Source: Spirochaetales bacterium
GTDB taxonomy: Bacteria; Spirochaetota; Spirochaetia; Treponematales; UBA12059
Assembly: GCA_016928955.1 (NCBI GenBank)
Contig: JAFGJV010000033.1
Location: forward strand, 54,413-74,412
Length of the DNA stretch: 20,000 nucleotides
Direction: 5' to 3'
Positions 1 through 7,374 of this stretch are shown here, one piece after another (the first letter of the stretch is position 1; each line of letters opens with the position of its first letter). The notes below the pieces were generated by a model. The model searched no databases, was not told the origin of the DNA, and saw only the letters and a list, made by a program, of their open reading frames with translations. Both the position numbers and the translations under genes were made by a program.

Positions 1-1398
1 GCCGAATATGCCGCGGTCGTGGCCGAATTCCGCCAGGTCTCGGTGTTTTCTCCCGCGCTGGCGCCTACGCCGCCCCTGGGAAGCGGTAGCTCCGGCGACC
101 TGGAAACGCCATGGACCCTGGACGACCTGTTGGTTTTGGCTTCCTTCAACAATCCCGAACTGGGCCAGGCCGCCAGCGCCCTGGACGCCGCCCTGGCCGA
201 CCTCAGGGGCGCCAGAGCCAGACGTTATCCCTCGCTGGACCTGGAAACGTCCGGGTCGTTCATCGGAAACCCTCTGGGTCCGATCAGCATTACCGCAGAC
301 CAGTTCGGGCCGAGCGTTCCCCCTGAAGACGTGCTGTTGTACAAGGGCATGGAAAACACCCTGTACGACTTCAGCCTGATAGGCCAGGTGCCCCTGTTCA
401 CCTGGGGAAAGCTAAAACTTGGCGTGTCCCTGGCCGAACTCGGCGTGGATGCGGCCAGAATCAGCATGGACAAAGCCAGGACCGAGCTTGGCATACGCAT
501 ACGCGGTTTGTATGACGCCTTGTCCTACCTGCGTGGCGCGGAAAAAATACTGGAGCTGCAATCTAGGATAGGCCAACGCTTGACCGTGCTGGCGGAGGAA
601 AGCGCAAAGGCGGGATTCCTGACCGCGGCCGACCTTGCCAATGCCAAAATCAAGGTTAAAGAAGTCGATCTCGCACGTGTTCGCCTCAGCGAGCAACGTG
701 ACAGCCTTTTGTCCCAACTGGCCCGGGAGACAGGCACGGAATCCATCAGCCTGAACATGCTGGCCGTGCAACCCGCCAAAGCGGGCTCGCCGCGCTGGTC
801 CGAAGCCGAGCTCTTGTCCGTGATGGAAAGCGGCAGCTGGGATCTGACCCTGTTGGCCCTTCAGGAGGAGGCGACCGCTGGCATGGCCCGCCTAGCGACC
901 CTACAGTCCAAAGGACTGCCCGACCTTGGCCTGCGCGTAGAGCTGTCGTACGGCGGGTCGCGTTTCCCGTTCCTGGAAACCGACTGGTACCGGCAGGACG
1001 ACTATCAGCTCACCATCAGCCTGGGCACCACCGGTCCCCTTATCGGGAGCGCGGTGAAAGCCGGCGACGCGGCCAGAGCCACGGCCGAGGCTGAGAAGGC
1101 CGCCATGCAGAGCGCAGACGGACTCCGTGCTCTGCGCGCATACGCCCGTGAAACGTTTCTGACCTTGGAACTCAGCAAGGCAAGGATTGAGTACGCCATA
1201 CTCAAGCAGGAAGGCTGGGCCGCGGATCTGGACAAACGGCTGGTCGAGCTCAGGGTCGGAGCCGGGTCGGAAACCGAGTACCTGTCGGCCATGATAGAGG
1301 CCTTGGCCAACTTGGCAGAGGCGTATGGAACCCTGGGCGAATACCGGCAAGGACTACTGACCCTGGAAGCCCTTGCCGGTTCTGCCGCGGCCGACTGA
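1..1398 (+). CDS. TolC-family outer membrane efflux protein, 5'-truncated by the window edge
   Basis: Frame is open from base 1 (AEYAAVVAEF...) to TGA 1396-1398. OEP-type repeats are visible: 'LDDLLVLASFNNPEL...ARARRYPSLDL', 'QVPLFTWGK', 'GLPDLGLRVEL', with long amphipathic helices. Confidence 0.8.
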   Translation, partial: AEYAAVVAEFRQVSVFSPALAPTPPLGSGSSGDLETPWTLDDLLVLASFNNPELGQAASALDAALADLRGARARRYPSLDLETSGSFIGNPLGPISITADQFGPSVPPEDVLLYKGMENTLYDFSLIGQVPLFTWGKLKLGVSLAELGVDAARISMDKARTELGIRIRGLYDALSYLRGAEKILELQSRIGQRLTVLAEESAKAGFLTAADLANAKIKVKEVDLARVRLSEQRDSLLSQLARETGTESISLNMLAVQPAKAGSPRWSEAELLSVMESGSWDLTLLALQEEATAGMARLATLQSKGLPDLGLRVELSYGGSRFPFLETDWYRQDDYQLTISLGTTGPLIGSAVKAGDAARATAEAEKAAMQSADGLRALRAYARETFLTLELSKARIEYAILKQEGWAADLDKRLVELRVGAGSETEYLSAMIEALANLAEAYGTLGEYRQGLLTLEALAGSAAAD

Positions 1399-1411
1399 CC
1401 CGCGACCGAGG

Positions 1412-2902
1412 CTACTTGAACATGCGCGCCACTGCCACGGCCTTGTCCCAGCGCTCAAGCAGCCGCTGCCTGGTTTCGTCTGCCAGCTCGGGCTGGAACT
1501 CGCGTTTGCGCCTCCAGTTGCGTTCCACGTCGTCCAGCCCGGACCAGTACCCGGTCCTGAGGCCGGCCAGGTAGGCAGCGCCCAGGGCGGTAACCTCACC
1601 CGTTTCAGGCAGTATCACGGGCCGGTCAAACACGTCGGCCTGGAACTGCATCAGGAAATTGTTGGCGCTGGCGCCGCCGTCTGCTTTGATAAAGGGCACG
1701 GCGGTCCCATAGTCGTTTTCCATGGCCTTCAGAAGATCCCTGGACTGGTAGGCAACCGCCTCGAGCGCCGCCCGCACCAGGTGTGCCTTGGAAGTACCCC
1801 TGGTCACGCCCAGCACGGCTCCGCGGGCGTCCGGATCCCAGTACGGCGCGCCCATACCGACAAAAGCGGGGACCAGGACCACGCCGCCGGAATCTGGAAC
1901 CGATCTGGCCAGGCGCTCGCTCTCGGCAGCGTCGGCCAGCACTTTCAACTCATCCCTCAGCCACTGTATGACCGCCCCGGCTATGAACACCGATCCTTCC
2001 AGGGCATAGGTATACCCCTTGCCCAAATCCCAGGCTATGGTCGTAAGAAGATTGTGTTTAGACGCCACGGCGTCCTTGCCCGTATTCATCAGGGCAAAGC
2101 AGCCCGTGCCGTAGGTGTTTTTGCAGGCGCCGGGCTGGAAACACGCGTGCCCGAACAAGGCCGCCTGCTGGTCGCCAGCGCACCCGGTCACCGGTATTTC
2201 CGCGCCGAACAGGTCCTTGCGTGCATATCCGTAATCCGCCGAACTTGGAAGGACAGACGGCAGGATGGCCGCGGGTATGTTCATCATGCGGAGCAGCTCC
2301 TGGTCCCAGCTGCCCTCGTGGATGTTGAACAAGAGCGTTCGGGACGCGTTGGTAGCGTCCGTGGCGTGGCGTCCGGTCAGGCGGTATATCAGCCATGAGT
2401 CCACCGTGCCGAACATCAGGTCGCCGCGCTCGGCCTTGGCCCGAAGGCCGGGAACCTGGTCGAACAGCCACATCAGCTTGGTGCCGGAAAAATACGGATC
2501 CAGCACCAGGCCTGTGCGCGTGCGGATTTCATCCTCGTAGCCAAGGGCCTTGAGTTCCTGGCAAATGCCAGCGGAGCGTCGGCACTGCCAGACAACGGCG
2601 TTGTGCACGGCCTTGCCCGTGGTCCGGTCCCACAGCAAGGTGGTCTCCCGCTGGTTGGTTATGCCTATAGCCGCTATCTGCGTGGGCAGGATCTGGGCGT
2701 CCTCTATAGCGTCGAGAGCGACCTCGTACTGGGTCCTCCAGATCTCTTCCGGATCGTGTTCCACCCAGCCTGGTTGGGGGTAGATCTGATTGAACGGCAG
2801 CTGTTTCATGCCAATGACGATGCCGGACTGGTTGAACACGATGGCCCTGGACGAGGTGGTACCTTGGTCCAGGGCCAGGATGTAGCGTTCCTGCGTGGGC
2901 AT
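1412..2902 (-). CDS. glpK: Glycerol kinase
   Basis: Motifs YILALDQGTTSSRA, GITNQRETT, DPYFSGTK, GDQQAALFG, KNTYGTGCF, ADGGASANNFLMQFQAD. Start placed at ATG 2902 (MPTQERYIL), 1 nt after the upstream gene's TGA, rather than at 2926. Confidence 0.96.
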   Translation of the reverse strand: MPTQERYILALDQGTTSSRAIVFNQSGIVIGMKQLPFNQIYPQPGWVEHDPEEIWRTQYEVALDAIEDAQILPTQIAAIGITNQRETTLLWDRTTGKAVHNAVVWQCRRSAGICQELKALGYEDEIRTRTGLVLDPYFSGTKLMWLFDQVPGLRAKAERGDLMFGTVDSWLIYRLTGRHATDATNASRTLLFNIHEGSWDQELLRMMNIPAAILPSVLPSSADYGYARKDLFGAEIPVTGCAGDQQAALFGHACFQPGACKNTYGTGCFALMNTGKDAVASKHNLLTTIAWDLGKGYTYALEGSVFIAGAVIQWLRDELKVLADAAESERLARSVPDSGGVVLVPAFVGMGAPYWDPDARGAVLGVTRGTSKAHLVRAALEAVAYQSRDLLKAMENDYGTAVPFIKADGGASANNFLMQFQADVFDRPVILPETGEVTALGAAYLAGLRTGYWSGLDDVERNWRRKREFQPELADETRQRLLERWDKAVAVARMFK

Positions 2903-2903
2903 G

Positions 2904-3620
2904 TCAGGCGGCCTGTATCCTGGCAACCAAGCGGTCCACCAGGCACTGCATGGGGTCCACCAGGGGCACGGACACGTCAGCCTGGCCGAGCACCAGGCTC
3001 ATTTCCGCGCACGCCACCACGACCAGGTCGGCCCCCCGGGCTATGAGCCTTGCGGCAGCCTGCTTGAGGAGACGGCGCGGTTCGTCGCCCACATTGCCCG
3101 CCTTGATGCCCTGCGGGCCATAAATGGCCTCCATGACAAAACGCTCCTGGGCTTCGGCGTCGGAGTAATGGACCCTGAGCTCAGGCACATGGCGCTCGAA
3201 CAGCTCTGCCTTGATGGCGCCCGTGGTGGCAAGCACGCCGATGCGCTTGACCGCGGGATATTTGGCGGACAGATGGTCCTTGAGCGCGTCAAAAGCAGAC
3301 ATAAACTCGCAGTGGACGGCTGCGCGCAAGCCGTCCAGATACGCGTGCGCCGTGACGGACGCAACAACGCAGAGCGTGGCGCCCGCTTGCGTGAGGCGCC
3401 GCGCTGACGCCATCAGGGCCGGCAGGGGGTCTGGCCCCGTTCCGAGGATGTGTTCGGTCCTGTCCGGAATTGAAGGATCGGAATCCACGATGACGCGGGG
3501 ATGGCCGGAGTCGCCCGGAGCCCTCACAGCCAAGGTCAGCTTCTTGAACAACTCGGCCGTTGCCAGAGGCCCCATGCCCCCAATGATGCCAATAACCGGT
3601 GCCGTGCCGCGTTCCGCCAT
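2904..3620 (-). CDS. Aspartate/glutamate racemase family protein with atypical active site (238 aa)
   Basis: Motifs IGIIGGMGPLAT, IPDRT, TAH, IGVLATTG, CAE, VDPM. SD GGGAGGA (plus-strand tcctccc 3624-3630) precedes ATG 3620, so the longer ORF call to 3827 is probably not real. Confidence 0.88.
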   Translation of the reverse strand: MAERGTAPVIGIIGGMGPLATAELFKKLTLAVRAPGDSGHPRVIVDSDPSIPDRTEHILGTGPDPLPALMASARRLTQAGATLCVVASVTAHAYLDGLRAAVHCEFMSAFDALKDHLSAKYPAVKRIGVLATTGAIKAELFERHVPELRVHYSDAEAQERFVMEAIYGPQGIKAGNVGDEPRRLLKQAAARLIARGADLVVVACAEMSLVLGQADVSVPLVDPMQCLVDRLVARIQAA

Positions 3621-3707
3621 ACGTCCTCCCTCTTGCTTGTGGCGCGCTGGTCCCGGGACGGGTCGCCATACCGGTACCCGGCAGTGCCGCCGCGCCCCAT
3701 TACGTCC

Positions 3708-3737
3708 AGTATAAGCGGACAGACAAAGCCATCGCAA
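3708..3737 (-). promoter_or_regulatory. Putative sigma70 promoter for racemase-glpK
   Basis: Minus strand TTGCGA-18 nt-TATACT, about 90 nt upstream of the racemase ATG. Confidence 0.45.
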
Positions 3738-3766
3738 TGATAAACCCTCACATGGCGGCGGAGGGC

Positions 3767-3795
3767 TTGCCCAAGAAGGCTTTTTTTCCGATACT
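3767..3795 (+). promoter_or_regulatory. Putative sigma70 promoter for the metK leader
   Basis: TTGCCC (3767-3772)-17 nt-GATACT (3790-3795). It would start transcription near 3802, just upstream of the riboswitch. Confidence 0.45.
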
Positions 3796-3825
3796 GGGTA
3801 GGTGCCCTGGCTCACCAGCCTGGAC

Positions 3826-3903
3826 ACGCCGCCGATTTATACCGAATTGCGGGCGGGTTGCGCGGGCTTATGCCCGACGCAAGGAAACCAGCTAAAAGGG
3901 AGG
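3826..3903 (+). ncRNA. SAM-II class riboswitch aptamer with an inserted hairpin (long-loop variant)
   Basis: Element order: P1 CCGC (3829-3832), CGATTT (3833-3838), ATACCGAA, TTGC (3847-3850), GG, P1' GCGG (3853-3856), inserted hairpin TTGCGCGGGC-TTAT-GCCCGACGCAA (3858-3882), GGAAACCA, GCTAAA (3891-3896), AGGG. This follows the SAM-II pattern (YGAUUU...CC...UUGC..P1'...GCUAAA..GGG) and lies upstream of metK. Confidence 0.85.
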
Positions 3904-4009
3904 GCGCCCTGGCTCCTCGCGGCGTCTCGCTCATCCTCCCGACAGCATGTTCCACGCTCCCCGTTGTCCAGTCGTGCGGAACTATATCCACGCATCACGG
4001 GAGGATAGT

Positions 4010-5176
4010 ATGAAAGACCAACGGTATCTGTTCACCTCGGAATCCGTCGGGGAGGGACATCCGGACAAGCTGTGCGACCAGGTATCTGACGCGGTGTTGG
4101 ACGCCTGCCTTGCCGAGGATCCGGAGAGCCACGTAGCCTGCGAAACCTTCGCCACAACGGGCATGGTCCTGGTCGGCGGCGAAATCACCACCAATACCTA
4201 CGTGGACATTCAAACGCTCGTCCGCGACGTCGTCAGGGACATCGGCTACACCAACCCGGACTACGGCCTGGATTTCGAGTCCATGGCCATACTCAACACC
4301 ATCCACTCCCAGTCGCCGGACATCAACCAGGGCGTGGTCGGCCAGGGGCTCAAGGAGTACACGGGCCAGCAAGGCGCAGGCGACCAGGGCATGATGTTCG
4401 GCTTTGCCTGCACGGAGACGCCCGAATTGATGCCGGCGCCCATCCATTACGCCCACGCCCTTTTGCTCAGGGCCACCGAGCTCCGCAAGGGCAAGGTGCT
4501 TCCCTGGCTCCGCCCCGACGCCAAAAGCCAGGTAACGCTGGAATACGAGGGGCACAAGCCGGTGCGGGCTGACGCGGTGGTCGTGTCGCACCAGCACGAC
4601 CCTGACGTGCCGTATGAACGCATCAAGGAAGCGGTCATAGAGGAAATCATCCGCCCGGTGCTGGAGCCCACGGGCCTTCTGACGGCAGACACCAAGTATT
4701 TTGTCAATCCGACCGGCCGCTTTGTCATAGGCGGCCCCATGGGCGACACGGGGCTCACCGGACGAAAAATAATCGTCGACACCTACGGTGGCATGGGCCG
4801 CCACGGCGGCGGTGCGTTCTCGGGCAAGGATCCGTCCAAGGTCGACAGGTCCGCAGCCTACATGGCGCGCTATGTTGCCAAGAACGTGGTAGCCGCGGGT
4901 CTTGCCGAACGCTGTGAGGTGGAGCTTGCTTACGCAATTGGCGTGCCATTCCCGGTGTCCATCATGGTTGACACGTTTGATACGGGCAAGGAACCGGAGC
5001 ATCGCATCATAGAAGCCATCCGGAAGGTATTTGACCTGAGCCCCGCGGGCATCGTCCGCACGCTCAGACTCAAGGCTCCCATTTACCGCAAAACCGCCGC
5101 GTACGGTCACTTTGGCCGGGACGGCTTCTCGTGGGAAGCGACCGACAAGGCTAAGGAACTGATGGCCGCTATCTAA
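4010..5176 (+). CDS. metK: S-adenosylmethionine synthetase
   Basis: Motifs [73 protein letters not shown] at 3999-4004 precedes ATG 4010. Confidence 0.98.
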   Translation: MKDQRYLFTSESVGEGHPDKLCDQVSDAVLDACLAEDPESHVACETFATTGMVLVGGEITTNTYVDIQTLVRDVVRDIGYTNPDYGLDFESMAILNTIHSQSPDINQGVVGQGLKEYTGQQGAGDQGMMFGFACTETPELMPAPIHYAHALLLRATELRKGKVLPWLRPDAKSQVTLEYEGHKPVRADAVVVSHQHDPDVPYERIKEAVIEEIIRPVLEPTGLLTADTKYFVNPTGRFVIGGPMGDTGLTGRKIIVDTYGGMGRHGGGAFSGKDPSKVDRSAAYMARYVAKNVVAAGLAERCEVELAYAIGVPFPVSIMVDTFDTGKEPEHRIIEAIRKVFDLSPAGIVRTLRLKAPIYRKTAAYGHFGRDGFSWEATDKAKELMAAI

Positions 5177-5204
5177 GCAGGAGCTGATCCACCGTACAAC
5201 ACTC

Positions 5205-5235
5205 GGGCGGCCGGAAGATTCCGGCCGCCTTTTTT
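5205..5235 (+). terminator. Rho-independent terminator after metK
   Basis: GGGCGGCCGGAA-GA-TTCCGGCCGCCT followed by a T run, about 30 nt after the metK stop. Confidence 0.9.
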
Positions 5236-5397
5236 ATCGCCGACAGGCTCTTGCACAAGATCATGGGCAGAGGGATACTGCGGACCATATCTGGCGCGCC
5301 ATAATTGACGCCCACTAATTTTACACTATTAGGCCTTGTGTCATATTAAAGACATGCGGTTACATAATCGTGCGCGGGCATGTGAGGTACTTCTTTC

Positions 5398-6615
5398 ATG
5401 GAATCCATCAGGGATCTGTTCAGAATCGGCCACGGACCGTCCTCCAGCCACACCATGGGACCACGCTCTGCCGCCGAGCGCTTTTATGCCGACCATCCGG
5501 ACGCGGCAGCATTCCGGGCCACCTTGTACGGCAGTCTGGCCGCGACCGGAAGAGGCCATTTTACCGACCGGGCGATCATGGATGCATTCGGTGTAAAACC
5601 CGTGGATATCGTGTGGAAACCGGAGGAGAGCCTTCCCTATCATCCTAATGCCTTGAAGCTTGAGGCTATTTCTCCCACAGGCATCATTCAGGCGGAAGAA
5701 ACCATATACAGTGTCGGAGGCGGCAAGGTTGTTCGGGAAGGACAGTACCTCATGCAAGCCGCGGATACCTATGCGTTGTCTTCCCTGAGCGACATCCTTG
5801 CGTACGTTGACATGCATGGCCAGATGTTCTGGGAATATGTTCAGGACTGCGAGGGACCGGATATCTGGGACTTCCTCAGTGAAATATGGAAGACGATGAA
5901 GACATCTGTGGAGCGCGGCATAGAAACCGAGGGTGTCCTGCCTGGCGATCTTCGACTCCAGAGAAAAGCATCCTCCTACCATGTTCGGGCCAATGGGTTT
6001 CGAGGATCGCTGAAACGACGCTCGCTGCTGTACGCATACGCACTGGCAGTGGCGGAAGAAAACGCGGCCGGGAACGTCATCGTCACCGCGCCGACCTGCG
6101 GCTCATGCGGGGTATTGCCGGGCGTCTTGTACAACCTGGCGGCAAACTACGGCTTTGCGGACACAAAGATTCTGCGCGCCCTTGCCACCGCCGGTCTTAT
6201 CGGTACCTTGGTCAAGCACAACGCGTCCATATCCGGAGCACAGGTTGGCTGTCAGGGCGAGATTGGCACGGCGTGTTCCATGGCTGCAGCGGCTGCAGCC
6301 CAGTTGTTTGGCGGTTCTCCGGCTCAGATAGAATACGCGGCCGAGATGGGGCTTGAACATCACCTGGGACTTACCTGCGATCCTATCGGCGGTTATGTGC
6401 AGATTCCTTGCATCGAGAGGAACGCCTTTGCCGCGTCTAGAGCGTTGGACGCCAACACCTACGCGCTGCTTTCTGACGGGAGACATCGCATCAGCTTTGA
6501 CTTCATTGTGGACACGATGAACAAGACCGGCAAAGATCTTCCCCGTATTTACAAAGAAACATCTCTTGGTGGCCTGGCTCTCGCATCTGGGGCTCAGCGG
6601 TATCGACCTCATTAA
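5398..6615 (+). CDS. sdaA: L-serine ammonia-lyase, Fe-S dependent, single-chain form
   Basis: Motifs IGHGPSSSHTMGP, LYGSLAATGRGH, YSVGGG, EENAAG..IVTAPTCGSCG, SISGAQVGCQGE, EHHLGLTCDP, VQIPCIERN, YKETSLGGLA. Confidence 0.95.
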   Translation: MESIRDLFRIGHGPSSSHTMGPRSAAERFYADHPDAAAFRATLYGSLAATGRGHFTDRAIMDAFGVKPVDIVWKPEESLPYHPNALKLEAISPTGIIQAEETIYSVGGGKVVREGQYLMQAADTYALSSLSDILAYVDMHGQMFWEYVQDCEGPDIWDFLSEIWKTMKTSVERGIETEGVLPGDLRLQRKASSYHVRANGFRGSLKRRSLLYAYALAVAEENAAGNVIVTAPTCGSCGVLPGVLYNLAANYGFADTKILRALATAGLIGTLVKHNASISGAQVGCQGEIGTACSMAAAAAAQLFGGSPAQIEYAAEMGLEHHLGLTCDPIGGYVQIPCIERNAFAASRALDANTYALLSDGRHRISFDFIVDTMNKTGKDLPRIYKETSLGGLALASGAQRYRPH

Positions 6616-6623
6616 GCGCCGCC

Positions 6624-6639
6624 CGTTTCACGTGAAACA
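6624..6639. promoter_or_regulatory. parS centromere-like site
   Basis: CGTTTCACGTGAAACA, a 15/16 match to the consensus TGTTTCACGTGAAACA. It lies 8 nt after the sdaA stop and a few kb from oriC. Confidence 0.9.
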
Positions 6640-6916
6640 TTCTGTCACCCGCCTTGGGACCAACGTATCTACCCATTGTTCTTTGCTGTGTTCCTATCCC
6701 GCCATCCATAGTGTTTTCCACACAATCAACGAACACTCTTCATAAGCTTGCACATGCCAGCAGGCTGTTTAAAAGCATCTGTAGTTGAATAAGAGGCTTA
6801 AACATCTTCAGGTTTATAAGCCCACTAGATGTCTCTGGTCGAAAGGACTGGTATGCCATACACTTGGGCTGCGCGCTCGTAGTGGAAGCGCATCAGCGTA
6901 AAGGAGGAAGAAACTC

Positions 6917-7240
6917 ATGCATAGATCTCGTGGATTGGTGATCAGGGCTACCGCTGTTGTCTGCCTAATACTCGGCATGGCCTTGGGTGCGTGCTCCCTG
7001 TTTGAGGGAACCAGTCTTGAACGCCAGATAGAGCGGCTTCAACGGGACGCGGCGGATATCGTAAAGAAATTAAAGACAGAAGACGATCCAAGGGCAAAAG
7101 CTCGGCTGGAGAAAGACCTGAAAAAAATCCAGGAAAACCTGTCCGAGGCCATGGAAAAGGCAGCTAAAGAACTCAAAAAGGTGGATTTTGAAGGGATGTT
7201 CGAAGACATAGGAGAAGGTATCAAGTCACTCGGTGACTGA
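6917..7240 (+). CDS. Small hypothetical lipoprotein, coiled-coil (107 aa)
   Basis: Strong SD AAGGAGG upstream. Basic N-region, hydrophobic core and lipobox LGA-C (Cys26), followed by a K/E-rich helical body. Confidence 0.75.
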   Translation: MHRSRGLVIRATAVVCLILGMALGACSLFEGTSLERQIERLQRDAADIVKKLKTEDDPRAKARLEKDLKKIQENLSEAMEKAAKELKKVDFEGMFEDIGEGIKSLGD

Positions 7241-7308
7241 GGCTTCCGGGGAACCGGTTTCCCGCATACGCTGACCACGAACCATACCGTTTGAGCTTTC
7301 TGACAAAA

Positions 7309-7350
7309 ACAAAGGGCCGGATGTTTCACGTGAAACATCCGGCCCTTTGT
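7309..7350 (-). terminator. 42-bp perfect palindrome, probable (bidirectional) terminator of gyrB-gyrA
   Basis: ACAAAGGGCCGGATGTTTCAC|GTGAAACATCCGGCCCTTTGT, 24 nt past the gyrA stop. On the minus strand it runs into TTTGTTTTT. Confidence 0.75.
7322..7337. promoter_or_regulatory. parS site, perfect consensus
   Basis: TGTTTCACGTGAAACA, 16/16 match. Confidence 0.95.
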
Positions 7351-7374
7351 ATGCGTTCACTCGTTAATTGTGCG

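Noticed and set aside
3948..3963. TGTTCCACG, resembling a parS half-site, in the metK leader
   Set aside because: The second half (CTCCCCG) does not match, so it is not palindromic.
3621..4009. N-terminal extensions in the ORF track for the racemase (to 3827) and metK (from 3947), and likewise for glpK, dnaN, recF and dciA
   Set aside because: The extensions precede the point where family similarity begins and overlap promoters, leaders or neighbouring genes. Downstream ATGs fit better.
5305..5314. TTGACGCCCA occurs here and again at about 11932
   Set aside because: A single 10-nt match within 20 kb is compatible with chance, and neither copy has a convincing -10 element at 17 nt.
7249..7263. 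Small hairpin GGGAA-CCGGT-TTCCC after the lipoprotein stop
   Set aside because: The stem is short and has no U-tract. The 42-bp palindrome downstream is the better terminator candidate.
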